63,187 nt of DNA, filler included, from Lenisia limosa (GCA_001655205.1; 14 parts of 14 records of this genome joined end to end with filler, not necessarily neighbours in it); one strand, 5' to 3'; shown: positions 12,701 to 24,524, counted from the first letter of the whole stretch. Notes: generated by a model not told the origin, from the sequence alone. Numbers and translations: made by a program.

Positions 12701-13650
12701 ACATAGAAGAAGACCCTTATACCAATCCAACAGAGCTTCCCCTTGACGGGGGTATTTGTCGATACCTCGCAGAATAGCTGGCATCTGAAAGGATGAGACA
12801 GAAACAGGCAACTATATCAAGTTACACATTATTCTTCCCTCATTTGCTTGAAACAAGCCCCTAAGAGGAAACGCATGCAATACATACTAATAAAAAGACA
12901 AAACAGTCCAAACCGGCCAACCTCTCCGGTTGCTTGGTGGACGGTTTACGGAAGTTCGGGTGTTCGAGGATGTGGATAAGGGCCGTGTGGCTGAGATTGG
13001 CCGGGTTGCGGATATGGGTCTATTGGAGTGAAAACATGTAATCATAAAATGCAACACTCCTTATATAATATGTATATCAATCACTTAACCACTTAAACCC
13101 CATCAGAAATCCAGTATTTAATCAAGTACAATTATACCTTGATGACGAAATAGGCCTCCTTGGTTGCTGACTCGATGAAGATGTCATTTCAGTGTACGAC
13201 CCATCGGGAACAGAAGTCAGTAGAGAAGAGGACTGCAACATCACATCATATTGTTTGGTAGTATATTGGAAGCCAAGCTTCATATGTCTGACGGACCTAT
13301 GCGAGGCCTTAGTGGCTTTGGGAGACAAACAAGGTTCTCATAAATAGTATATAATATAAATCACTCAGATTGATACTAAAAAAAAGGGGGAGGGGGCAAA
13401 CCGCATTGTGAGCTTCAGCCGGGGACAATTCAACTTCTTCAATATCATCATCACTCAAGTCTTCATCTTCTTCCTGCTGCCTCTTCAGGTGTTCCTTCCA
13501 CGCGAGAAGGGCTTCTTGATCTAAGGTTGTTGAGAGGAGCTTTTTTAGTCAAAGGATGCGTATTATGTTTTTGGTCAAAGGAATTCATGACACCCTATAA
13601 CGGTGCTGAAGCCTACCGTCCTGGCGTGAGGCGTATTCATCGTCCTCCAT
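9730..13650 (-). CDS. Long coiled-coil protein, CCDC13-like (centriolar satellite/ciliary), about 20 or more exons
   Basis: ATG at 13650 (MEDDEYASRQD|DQEALLAWKEHLK...). Coiled-coil exons include QVSILLEKAANDDNLVEALQEELR (~10870-10950), SALEESQGLKESFVNSLKAKDDE (~9880-9950) and terminal IRQWRQAVKDQRANFELALKEMEQ* (TAG at 9730). Resembles the CCDC13 C-terminus as recalled. Confidence 0.7.
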
Positions 13651-13975
13651 TGCCACAATGGGAGACGGAGATGGAGGGGCGACGTGTAACAGGCAAACTG
13701 AATTGAATCACTGGCTTATGCTCTGAACTCCAGCAGCAGCCAGAGGAGAGAAATTAATGGTAGGGGAGAGGGGAAGAGGGAGGAGGTGGAGCAAGGAGTA
13801 GGACAGTCAGTTTCTGTTTTCTGTTGTTCTGTTTTTTTGTTTGTTTCTTCTTCTCTCTCGTTTTCTATATCTAATCTCTGTCTAATCTCAACTCAATCAA
13901 AACTCAATCAACCAAAAAAAACAAAAAAAAACAAATGAAACTTGCAGCTTGGAAAAAACAGAAAGAAAAATAAAA

Positions 13976-14029
13976 CGACGAAGGTTGGGACTCGAACCCA
14001 CTGTACCAGGTCATTTTCGCCACGGCGCC
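13976..14029 (-). ncRNA. tRNA-like 3' half (T-arm, acceptor 3' strand, Pol III-type terminator) with no recognisable 5' half
   Basis: Minus strand reads GGCGCCGTGGCGAAAATGACCTGGTACAGTGGGTTCGAGTCCCAACCTTCGTCG followed by TTTTATTTTTT. It has a B-box GGTTCGAGTCC and a TGGG/CCCA stem, but no D-arm or anticodon arm upstream. Confidence 0.5.
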
Positions 14030-14180
14030 ATTAGTAGATGATAAAAATTGTACATCATCACATTAAACACTTCCAGATGGCGAGTGCACCCTCCTCCCCT
14101 TCCTGGTATTTGATTTGAATGAGCCGACTGTTTGAGGTGTGTTGGTTGTTGGGGAGAACTGACAAAAGCTGGCTCATCTG

Positions 14181-14332
14181 AAAAGGGGTGGCAGCGTCTG
14201 TAGTTAAAAAATAAAAAAAGGATAAAATATTTATGAACAAAATGAAAAAATAAAAAGGTTTTTGCAACTACAGACGTTTTTTCAAAGAGCCACCCCATTT
14301 TTAGACAAGCCCAAAAGCTGGTGTTTCTTCTG
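14181..14332. mobile_element. Repeat family C, imperfect inverted-repeat (MITE-like) element; second copy inverted at ~40096-40200
   Basis: aaaaggggtggcagcgtctgtagtt ... aactacagacg...gagccacccc...tagacaagccca. The reverse complement occurs at 40096-40195 (gggcttgtcta...gggtggctc...aactacagacgctgccaccccc). Confidence 0.7.
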
Positions 14333-14372
14333 TCCCAGATTCAAAATCGCAACATTCAATCTCTACTAAACA

Positions 14373-15649
14373 CTACTTCTTAGAACTCTTGCAGAACTCT
14401 CGATGTGACGGCCAATGGGCCTTTTGGCAACTCTTGCTGCAATATGCCACTGACTTACAAGAGTCACAGAGTTGGAATGACCCTGCCAGTGTCATAAATG
14501 AACGATGGAGAAAATGAAGTTTAGGAAGCTAAAAAAGCGCACATATCTTATGCATTCAGAATTACATCATATCATAGAATGTTAAAACACTTAATTTTTA
14601 TTCCCTCAGTCCTTGACAACCGCGCCATATCTAGCCAAACTCGTTAACACCATTTAGATCATCTCATTATATGTAAAAAAATCTGTCAGCAATTGTAGCT
14701 TAAAGCATCCCCCCCCCCCAACCATCTTTAGAGAACTCGTANNNNNNNNNNNNNNNNNNNNNNNNNNNNNNNNNNNNNNNNNNNNNNNNNNNNNNNNNNN
14801 NNNNNNNNNNNNNNNNNNNNGCCATTTTACCAAGGTGGTCGCTTAGAATCAGCAGCTTCTGATCCCACGATCTCAGCACCTCCGTGCACTTTAGGGTAAG
14901 AAAAGTGGGGTTAACCATAAGGTCAAACATCGAGAAAACAAAACCCACGATTCAGATAGTAAGAATGAACAGCTGAAAAGGCAACCCCTTACGTGAATAA
15001 ATTGCTCATCCCCTAGAATGATCTTCGGGCGAACACTCACAATCATCAATAGGGACTCGAAAACTGCTACATTGAAGTAAATCTTGCTGAATGGAAAAAT
15101 CTCGTGGTAACAATAACACCTACCAGTAATAATAGGAATGGCGGAGGCATCTGGGCCTTCTGTTCCATATTCTTGCACTATCATCTTGAGAATGGCCACT
15201 AGTTTGGCAACAATTCCAGCTTGAGTCATACTGTGACAGTGAGTAGCAGATGACAATTCCAATATCTAACGTAATAGTAAACGGTGAACATGAAAATGAA
15301 AAACGATCATAATGCAAAAGCTTGAAACTTAATTACCTGAATAGCCACGCTGATAAGGCATCATAAATATTTACAATATTAGATCTCAATTTCTGCCCAT
15401 GTACTCCATGTACTCCAAAGAACGCTTCAATGCCACTTTTCAACTATCCGATAGTATAATGGATAGAATAATGAAAGATCTTCATTTCGATAATGATGAT
15501 ATTGCCCAAAATATTCAGCACTTACTCGTCAGCAAGCTCCGAGCGGCCAGAAACCTCAACAAGAGACTTTAAAGCGGACACATTGTTGAATGTCACCAGT
15601 TTGCAAAGAATTTTAGCTACAATTATCAGGATTGGTTTGTCACCCATTC
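14373..15649 (-). CDS. MYND-type zinc-finger protein (C-terminal zf-MYND, helical N-terminal region)
   Basis: Last exon (~14373-14490) reads GSFQLCDSCKSVAYCSKSCQKAHWPSHREFCKSSKK*, a canonical MYND C-x2-C...YCSxxCQxxHWxxHxxxC. Upstream exons overlap ORF 14891..15262. The start near 15649 is tentative. Confidence 0.75.
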
Positions 15650-15954
15650 CTCAAACCAAAAGCTTTTAAAGCAGGGTTTCAAATAGGAAAATTGTCTCGG
15701 ATATTCGAAGCACGCGGTTCTCTATTCTTCGATAATTAATCTGCTATCCGACTTTCCCATTTGAAATCCTTATTGAAGTTTGGGATACTGATAATATAAT
15801 ATATACTATAATAAATCATTATATACTATATCATATNNNNNNNNNNNNNNNNNNNNNNNNNNNNNNNNNNNNNNNNNNNNTTAATTAATTAANNNNNNNN
15901 NNNNNNNNNNNNNNNNNNNNNNNNNNNNNNNNNNNNCCCCCCCCCCCCCACCCA

Positions 15955-18238
15955 GTGTCCGCCTAGAACTCCACACCGGCAAGGTCACAGACGAAGAATG
16001 GAACATGTACCTCCGCCCTCCTCCCATCCCTGCCCTTCCCCCCTCTGCTCCTGCCGGTACGGGCGGGGTATAGTTCATACAGTGACCAGGATAAGCCTTG
16101 ACCTGATTTCCTTGGGGAAACCACATAGCAAATCGGTCAGGACTTATCCAGGTCACCGTATACGACATGCGTTTCTTGCCAACAGAGTTGAGTTCGGGCT
16201 TTTTTTTATATTTCATAAATTTTTCAGTTTTACCCCCCCCCCCCCNNNNNNNNNNNNNNNNNNNNNNNNNNNNNNNNNNNNNNNNNNNNNNNNNNNNNNN
16301 NNNNNNNGCCGAGAAGTTTGCCGTCTTTAAGAACCTGCACACCGACATGCCACAGAATATGGGCACGTGGCGCGCTTTCATGCGTGGACGCGACCCTCCC
16401 AACACGCCACTTCCGGGCAAGTAAGTGGGGGGGTTATGTATTGCTTTGTTATTATTGTTTTTGCTGGCTTTTTTCTTTTTCTTCTATTTGTTTGTATCTC
16501 TCACACCGTCAAGATGGCAGCAAGAAGTGTCTCCATTCCAAAGGGTACTACTGCTCAAAGTGAGCGTGCTGGGATTTCCGAGTTAAAATCATGGGAAAAT
16601 ACTCTGTCGACGCAACCAAATCCCAAGATAATTCAGATTTTGTTCCATCCAAAAGAACTCTGGTTTCTTCTCATTATATCCTAAAGTTCCGTATTTAAAA
16701 CTTACCTGAAAAGGGCCCACCCCAATTAACCCCTGTCTTGTTGCTATAAGTAATTTGAACAATAACGTCAATTTATTCCAAGGTAATAGTCCAAAGATAT
16801 TCATAAGCAACCCAAATATACACTGACCGATTTGCTGTGTGATTTCCCAAGCAAAATCGAAATAATTCTCTAATAATTCTAAAATTACCTACAATAACTC
16901 CTTAGACCCTCTCAAATGTTACCCGCAATAACTCCTAAACATTCTAAAATTACCCACAATAACCCCAAAACAGACCCTCTGCGATGACAGGATCCCTTCA
17001 ACAATGGCGGCGTATGTCCGAGCTGTTCTTGGTGGGGGATGGGGGTGGCATGTAGTTAGGGAGAGCAGTTTATTTTTGTTTCATAGTGTGTTGTCAGCCA
17101 ACAGAGNNNNNNNNNNNNNNNNNNNNNNNNNNNNNNNNNNNNNNNNNNNNNNNNNNNNNNNNNNNNGCGAAAGCCTTGCCACTTCGGCCTTGTCCTTAGA
17201 GGACGTCTACCGTGACCTTTCTCCCACGACCCCCCTCATCTTCGTGTTATCGCCTGGTTGGGGGTCAGAAATGCAAAAATGTTGTAAACAGGCGTAGTCC
17301 CCCTCAATTTGTCCCAAATCTTTTAAAACAAAAAGGACTGATTGAAGTACCTTAAATCATTTCAAATTCGTCATCATTTTGTGTCCATCAGTAGCCCCAC
17401 TTCCAAAATACATGGCCGAAATTGCGCCAACGGCATGTGTGTTGCATTTGTTACATTGTAGGTGCTGACCCTGCCACCTCCCTCCTCCGCTTCGCAAAAG
17501 AAAGGTTGGGGGCGAGACTCTAGGCTTCCCTAGTCTCCGAAAATATACAAATATCGATATTTATCGGAAATTGACCAAAATATCAATATTTTGAAGCCAG
17601 AGTTGATTTTGGGCTTTTTTTTCTTTTCTTTTTGTTTCATAAATTTTCCAATTTTACTCTGCCAGACAAATGACGGAGCGTCTGCATATGGTGTCACTGG
17701 GTCAGGGCCAAGGACCCGTCGCCGCCGCACTCATTGAGAAGGTGGGGATATGATTGAGAAGATGCGTATTATGTGTGTTTATGTGAGAAGGCCGTTATAC
17801 CAGAATGAAACCTTAGAGTGTAACGATTTTCCCATGGATTTAGGGTCCAGATTCTAACTACGTTGGTAAAATTTATTCATTTTGGGCTCGGCTAAGATGA
17901 TGTATTTAAGTGTACTATTAGGCTTTCGAATTTAGGTTACTTTACAATCATCCAGATACACACAAGATTTTCACTTTCCGAGTTTTAAATATGTATATTT
18001 ATTGTCCAAAAAGTACAGAGATTTACGAATTTAGGCTGCCCTCTCCGGTGACTGGGTGTACCTTCAGAATTGCCACTTGGCTGTTTCCTGGCTCCCTGCT
18101 TTGGAAAAGGTGGGTCCCTAGTTTTTTGCCGTATTACCACTTTTGCCTCATTCACTCCCCCCAAAAGTCCCTATATATCATATATAACCCCCCACCCCCC
18201 CAGATTGTCCTTGGCTTCCGAGACAGCACACGGACAGT
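15955..18238 (+). CDS. Axonemal dynein heavy chain fragment (stalk-end/AAA6 region, DNAH6-like), partial at both ends
   Basis: Exons read VTDEEWNMYLR, WRAFMRGRDPPNTPLPGK|WQQEVSPFQRVLLLK, DDRIPSTMAAYVRAVLG, LEDVYRDLSPTTPLIFVLSPG|ADPATSLLRFAKER, LHMVSLGQGQGPVAAALIEK and GDWVYLQNCHLAVSWLPALEK. Confidence 0.93.
16080..16158. mobile_element. MITE family T (Tc1/mariner-pogo type): TA-CAGTGACCAGG...CCTGGTCACTG-TA, ~60-85 bp
   Basis: Copies at 16080-16158, 22313-22374, 34727-34808, 35586-35652 and 57977-58051, with partials at ~20576-20630, ~16820-16860 and ~7474-7520. TIRs begin CAGT and are flanked by TA, with shared internal text gatttgctgtgtgatttcccaaggaaaatcggtcaagac. Confidence 0.9.
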
Positions 18239-18338
18239 NNNNNNNNNNNNNNNNNNNNNNNNNNNNNNNNNNNNNNNNNNNNTTAATTAATTAANNNNNN
18301 NNNNNNNNNNNNNNNNNNNNNNNNNNNNNNNNNNNNNN

Positions 18339-18428
18339 CCCAATCATCACGCCTTGAGCCATCCCAAGCATACGACCCCCGAGGGGATCAAAGCTGGATG
18401 GACAAAGCGCGGACCAGACCAGACTGCA
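18339..18428 (-). repeat. Dispersed repeat shared with a WDR4 intron (4386-4453, +)
   Basis: gcagTCTGGTCTGGTCCGCGCTTTGTCCATCCAGCTTTGATCCCCTCGGGGGTCGTATGCTTGGGA versus gcagCTTGGTCTGGTACGCGCTCTGTCCATCCAGCTTTGATCCCCTCGGGGGTCGTATGCTTGGGA. Both copies run into N gaps. Confidence 0.9.
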
Positions 18429-18679
18429 AGAACAGATAAATGAATAGATAAGGGGAGATTAAAGTAGGAAAGGGGGAAGGACTATGTGGGCAAGGCATTT
18501 TTGTGACTCTACCTGACGTTTTGTAGTTGCAAGGCAAATGATTGGGTGAATTAATATTATACTATAATCCAATATATCTTATTAGCGTGATGGTCGGCCG
18601 ATACTACCTTATATTTTATTTCTCATTGCTATATATTAACCAATGAACCCCCCCAAATACCTTTTCGTTTAATGCTTCC

Positions 18680-21350
18680 TGGGGACACAGAGGGGCAAGA
18701 GCTGACTTCACCCAGTGGTTGGAGAACCAGATCTGATCGGGTGTGGCTGTTGTGGATGAGATCGGTGATGATAATGATGGTGACGATGATGATGGCGATG
18801 ATGATGGCGACAATGATGATGATAATGATGATGATGGTGGTGATGATGAAGGTGACGATGGTGATGATAATGATGATGATTATGATAATGTAAGCCACAT
18901 TCTGCCAACTTTTATCCCTTGGTAAGCTTGCAGCGGGAGGGTCAATGGTCGAGGTTGTTGGGTAGGCTGCTTCCAAGACGAACGGATGCACGGCTTGCTT
19001 TTCTGCCCAGGCCCAATGCTAGGATTTGGTGAGGACAGTATTTTTTAATAAAAGATGAGACGAACAGTTTCACCCCTTTTCCCCAGACTTGTGATAAGTA
19101 TCGAAATTTTCTTTGTTTTACCCCCCCCCCCNNNNNNNNNNNNNNNNNNNNNNNNNNNNNNNNNNNNNNNNNNNNNNNNNNNNNNNNNNNNNNNNNNNNN
19201 NNNNNNNNNNNNNNNNNNNNNNNNNNNNNNTTTGACTGAAATGTAATTAACCTAGCCTTAAAATGTCGAAATTAAACAAATTAATGCTTGTAGGAAGGAA
19301 AGAAAAACAAATAAATAATAGACTATCATGTATAGCAATGAGAAATAAAAAATAATCTACATCATCACGTTCTTGGATTACACTGTCAAAAAGTATATCA
19401 ATTATTATTATTGAGACCTAGGTTGTGGACAAGTAATTACAGTTAAAGCTTAAGTTTATACCCATTTTCACCTCCCCCCCCCAATAATCAACATTACCCC
19501 CCTCTAAGTCTTCCAACCGTTCCAAAAAAAGACTATTTATCGATGAATCCTCGACAAATATCGATATTTTGAAGAACATATTATCGATATTTTAAACTTT
19601 TTTTTCGGACCGTTGGGAATNNNNNNNNNNNNNNNNNNNNNNNNNNNNNNNNNNNNNNNNNNNNNNNNNNNNNNNNNNNNNNNNNNNNNNNNNNNNNNNN
19701 NNNNNNNNNNNNNNNNNNNAGAAATTGAGAGACCGTCGAGATAGTTAGGCAAGACTTCTCCGAACTGCAGGAGGCCTGGGGGGATTATGGTTAGGGCTTA
19801 CCTACGGTCCAAAAAAAGACTCAATTTATCGATAAATCCTCGATAAATATCGATGTTTTCACGGAAAGCCCTAGTTATGGTACTCGGGGGATTATGGTGA
19901 AGAGGGTAATGAAAATGTAGCTTAGGGAGATATTCTCGATAAATATTAATATTATAACAGTCTATCTCAGACCTGAGTTATAATTACATATAGATTAACA
20001 TACATATATGTACATATAAAATATCATATGATATACTACTACGAATATACATATTACCCATATTATATTACATTTCTATGTATATCATATGCATATTNNN
20101 NNNNNNNNNNNNNNNNNNNNNNNNNNNNNNNNNNNNNNNNNNNNNNNNNNNNNNNNNNNNNNNNNNNNNNNNNNNNNNNNNNNNNNNNNNNNNNNNNNNN
20201 NNNNNNNNNNNNNNNNAACTCAAAACGGCCCAAAACGCACCTTCGGAAAGGAATAGAGAAATGTCAGATTGCGGCGTCACACCAAAATCACCCCCTAAAA
20301 CAAGGGGAATAGAAGGTCCTGAACAAAGTGAAATTATTAAGTGCACGGAGTCATATGGTAGTAGGCACATTATATCATTTCCAATTACTGCGTTAAGTCC
20401 CGCACGGATATTGAGATTTATCTTTTGTCAATCATGTCAGGACTTATTCAAATCACTGTATATAAGGACTTATCGTGGTACTGTATTATACTATTATTAT
20501 ATTTTCTCTCTCTCCTCACCCTCCCAACTAAACAATGTCCCATAATTCAAGTTTTTCCCATAATCTATATCATATATTCCCTTGGGAAATCTCACAGCAA
20601 TTCGGTCAAGACTTATTATCCTGGTCACTGTATGGTCTGATAACGACGCCTGTCAAGCCCTACCAAAGCAATCGGCAATATTGTTGAGAAGCAGCTGGAG
20701 CATTGACAGCTTCAAAATGCCTTTTCTACAAAGTAAAAAAATGCAGCATCTTGCTTTTTGCGGATAACCAAAAAAGCAAAAATAATAAACAAAATGAAAA
20801 AGCTCTGCTCACCCTGGCGCATTGGAGAAGTAGGTTGACGCAATACAGAAAGAGCCCGGGGGGAACNNNNNNNNNNNNNNNNNNNNNNNNNNNNNNNNNN
20901 NNNNNNNNNNNNNNNNNNNNNNNNNNNNNNNNNNNNNNNNNNNNNNNNNNNNNNNNNNNNNNNNNNNNNNNNNNNNNNNNNNNNNNNNNNNNNNNNNNNN
21001 NNNNNNNNNNTTTCGATGAAGAATATTGGCGTAAAGGTACTAATCATGAACCGAATAATCTGAAACTCCAAACAAGTAATAACAAACACGAGTAAAATTG
21101 GAAAATTCACCTGGGGAGAGAGGTAAAATTAGAAAATTTATGAAACAGAGAAGCCCACAATCAAGTTTGTTGGCTAGCATTTGGGAAACACACAAGGTTT
21201 GATAACAACAAAACAAACAAAGGCCAGGCCAGTCGATTCTGCAGCACCGCATCCCATCACTCCAGCGTAGGAAGGGGTGTGGGAATATCCCATTCCTCCA
21301 GCGAACCTGGGGGGTACAATACGGTGGGAGGGCGGACAGTTGCCAGAGGG
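18680..21350 (-). CDS. Fragmentary hypothetical protein exons
   Basis: Candidate GT-AG exons: VPPGSFCIASTYFSNAPG (~20810-20865), GGDFGVTPQSDISLFLSE (~20243-20298), HWAWAEKQAVHPFVLEAAYP... (~18911-19019) and TPDQIWFSNHWVKSALAPL (~18690-18750). No family recognised. Confidence 0.35.
18763..18890. repeat. Imperfect (GAT/ATC)n microsatellite
   Basis: About 40 degenerate GAT/GGT/AAT triplets. These generate the spurious poly-D, poly-H, poly-M and poly-I ORFs in the track. Confidence 0.95.
21111..21260 (-). mobile_element. Repeat family B, ~150-nt non-palindromic interspersed element running GTGATGGGATGCGGTGC...AGAGTTGATTTTGGGCTTTTT...CATAAATTTTCCAATTTTAC(C)nAG
   Basis: About 14 full or partial copies: 4813-4922, 4957-4996, 16172-16245, 17080-17106, 17599-17665, 21111-21260(-), 33234-33348, 40361-40496(-), 43975-44143(-), 44640-44709, 45040-45118, 48268-48330, 48604-48686(-), 49915-49992 and 61660-61790. 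Confidence 0.85.
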
Positions 21351-21453
21351 CCGNNNNNNNNNNNNNNNNNNNNNNNNNNNNNNNNNNNNNNNNNNNNTTA
21401 ATTAATTAANNNNNNNNNNNNNNNNNNNNNNNNNNNNNNNNNNNNNNNNNNNN

Positions 21454-24400
21454 AGTTATGATGTTCGATCCCAAAAACGCCTCGACTGTGGTGGGGCCTA
21501 CATCAAGCTTATTTCTGAGAAAGGTTTGCGAGGATCTCGATTGAGCTTCACTTGGAAAATCAGTTCTCAAAAGAGTCACACCGCCATTTTGTGTAGAAAT
21601 GAGATTTTTTGATAAAGCTATGATAGTTTTTACCTTTTCAGGATTCACGGGGCGGGACCTCAGTAATGATACCGAATTTTCTGTCATGTTTGGCCCGGAT
21701 AAATGTGGCTCGGNNNNNNNNNNNNNNNNNNNNNNNNNNNNNNNNNNNNNNNNNNNNNNNNNNNNNNNNNNNNNNNNNNNNNNNNNNNNNNNNNNNNNNN
21801 NNNNCATCATTAATATCAAGTTGGTGAACCCAAAATGACAAAATGGCATATTTTTTTATTTTATTTCCCAACTGTGTAAGTACCTTACCCCGTCAGGACT
21901 ACCAAAGGTGTTATCAGCCACCACCTGACTGACGCCCCTCATCTTGAAATTGACGGGTTGACGCATCAGTACGGCTTGCACTGGAGGGCTGATGGGCGTA
22001 TGGACCTCTATATGGATGGCGTCGTTGTTAAACAGGGTATGCTTTTCATATTAATTCTTATCATACTTATAAATGTTTTGACATGTACTAAATATATACT
22101 ATACGTATAGTATGCATATCGATATTGTATTATGTATGTGTGCTGTTTTCTTTTACATTATTCTAACGATACAGTTGACATTAATACTGCTGAAGATTTC
22201 GAGCCTCCTTTTGTTTCTCCCCAGGTGGTCAATAAGTGCTATTACATGATATATGCTACATACAAATATACCAGCATATCATATATTATAGCATATCATA
22301 TTATACACTATACAGTGACCAGGTTGCTATGTGATTTCCCAAGGAAAATCGGTCAAGACTTTTCCTGGTCACTGTATATTACAACATTGTGTCCCAATAT
22401 CACACGATATGAGCTCGATTTTGTATTCTATTATATTGTAATTGTTGACCTTGTAATCTCCTAGTTTAATCCAATTCCTGGACAAAAGAAGCCTCTTGAC
22501 TGGGTGGAAGAGAAGCTGTATGCTAAATATGTGCTCATTGTGATAATATATCGAATCGGTGTTTGAATTGCATTCTCAGTACACGTAACTTCCTAGGATT
22601 CCAGATCCCTCTGCAAAGAAGCCAGATGATTGGAACGAAGACGAACCAAAGTTGGTATTGTTCCTACGCTGGCCCAGGGTTTACAGAAAGACAGGAGGTG
22701 GCTATCAGTTTATAATATAAGATATCCTGGGTGGACCTCATGCTCCAGATGGATGGAAGACGCGAATGCGAAAATGCCTGAAGGGTGGCGCGAAGATCTT
22801 GACCGTAAGAGGCGATAACGACCACTAACGGTCCAGTTGAGATTGTTGACGAGGATGATGTGAAGCCTGAATCCTGGGATGATGATGCCGACGGCAAGTG
22901 GACTCCTTCAATGATTGGTAGGGTCTTCCTGTAGTATATTCCTGATTCTCACATCCCTCCCTCCTCGATCATCTATAAACGAAACAGATTTAACAATACA
23001 GAGAACCCCCTGTGTAGAAGCCGCAAATGCGGCCCGTGGCAACCCCCAATTATCGACAACCCTGACTACCGAGGAAAGTGGAAGGCTCCTATGGTAGGCG
23101 TTGAGTATTTTATTTCTCCTTAACATGCCAATGTGACTCCTTCGTTGAGCGTCATTTTCAGGTTCGAAACCCTCTGTACAAGGGCGAATGGGCTCCGCGA
23201 ATGCAGGCCAACCCTGCCTACAGGCAATATGAGTGGGTGACTTCAGACAAAGGAACCATTTTGAAAGTGCCAAATATATATTTCACACCCAGGGGACCGT
23301 TGATGGAACCTTCTACTGCCCTTGCCATTGAAGTGATGAATGTGAATCCTGGGATGAGCTTCGATAACTTCTTCATTTCACAAAGGTGTGTTTGATACGC
23401 TACTTCATATTGTGCTGTGCATTACCATTTTCTTCTAAAAGTAGAGCTCTGTTCCATAAAGGAACCTAAAACAGTGTGCTAATTATTCAGTTCATCTGAC
23501 CATGGTTTTGAACAATGGATTTTGGACACATATTTCAAGAAACACGATGCTGAGACGAAAAACAGAAGAATAAGACGGTAGGGTTGCCCACACATTTATT
23601 TTATGTATTCCCCACCAGGGCGTTGGAATCCTCCGAAAGCTCGTGGACTGAGTTCGTATGGGCCGCGTCTCATGTGCTGGTACTTGGGACACTTCAATCA
23701 ATCAGTGAAATTCAAGAGTTCTGCTTGTATTATGACAGCAATGCAATATGTCGGCTGACTGTTTAGAGTCAAGAGCTCTTCTTAGGAGTCTCAGCGGCCT
23801 ATTTATCTCTTGGCATCTTCTACACCATTGTCATTATCCTGGTGCTGACATTCCTGTTCTTTGGAGCAGTGTACTACGCTGTGTCCCTTTATTGCAGCCT
23901 CCAACCCCAAATGGTCTTGTCATATTTGTATAGAAGATATTTCTAGGTCACCTTTCTTTTCATATATATAGTATACTAGATGATATAATATCATACACTA
24001 CTATATTATGGGGGGACATGACCGTGTCCACTTTTTAGAAAATTCTGGCCCGCGGTCTGAGTTGCCTTTTTGTCGGATTTTTTTTTATTTTGAAAGACCC
24101 TTTTTCACTAGTCAAGATGATATATATGATATATGATATACTATAATATATGATATATTATATCATATCATATCCCTTGCTTCACTTCGGTCCAAAAAAG
24201 ACTGTATTTCTCGACAAACCCTCAAGCATTATCGATATATTGCTCTTCTTTTTTTTTGGAACGGAGTGATCCTTAGTTTTATCCACACATAGCTATTTTA
24301 CATTTTCAGATTGATGACAAGGGTGAGGTATTCCATGAACCGTCACTATCAAGGTTAGTTTTTGGTAACTCAACTTTATTGGACAAAGCCGCTGACCCTT

Positions 24401-24524
24401 GTGTAGTGAAGAAATGTGGGACTCCATTGACGCTAACGCCGACAAAGGAGAGGGCCTTGAGCCACCCGAAGAGGACAGTGAAGGGGAGGGCAATGAAGAA
24501 AGGGGGTTGAGGAAGAGAAAGTAA
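21454..24524 (+). CDS. CANX: Calnexin (ER lectin chaperone), 5' partial
   Basis: Exons read [30 protein letters not shown]-domain repeats [17 protein letters not shown] / [13 protein letters not shown] / [22 protein letters not shown], and FDNFFI. These are followed by a TM segment ([23 protein letters not shown], ~23790-23868) and an acidic tail ending GLRKRK* (TAA at 24522-24524). The TM plus cytosolic tail and the lack of HDEL/KDEL indicate calnexin rather than calreticulin. Confidence 0.92.

Noticed and set aside
13900-13975. Permuted tRNA (5' half downstream of the 3' half)
   Set aside because: The downstream sequence is only T-rich terminator, with no D-arm or A-box.
14058-14267. ORF as last exon of the MYND gene
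   Set aside because: The MYND exon ends in frame at TAG 14373-14375.
9542-14375. Non-standard genetic code
   Set aside because: TAA (ferritin, calnexin, USP39) and TAG (CCDC13-like, MYND) end genes at homologous C-termini, and no conserved exon needed stop reassignment.
18708-18991. Poly-Asp, poly-His, poly-Met and poly-Ile ORFs, and a possible TGA (Sec) readthrough into the poly-Asp frame
   Set aside because: They are explained by the GAT microsatellite. There is no usable acceptor for the Asp frame and no SECIS seen. The same applies to ORF 46890..47096.
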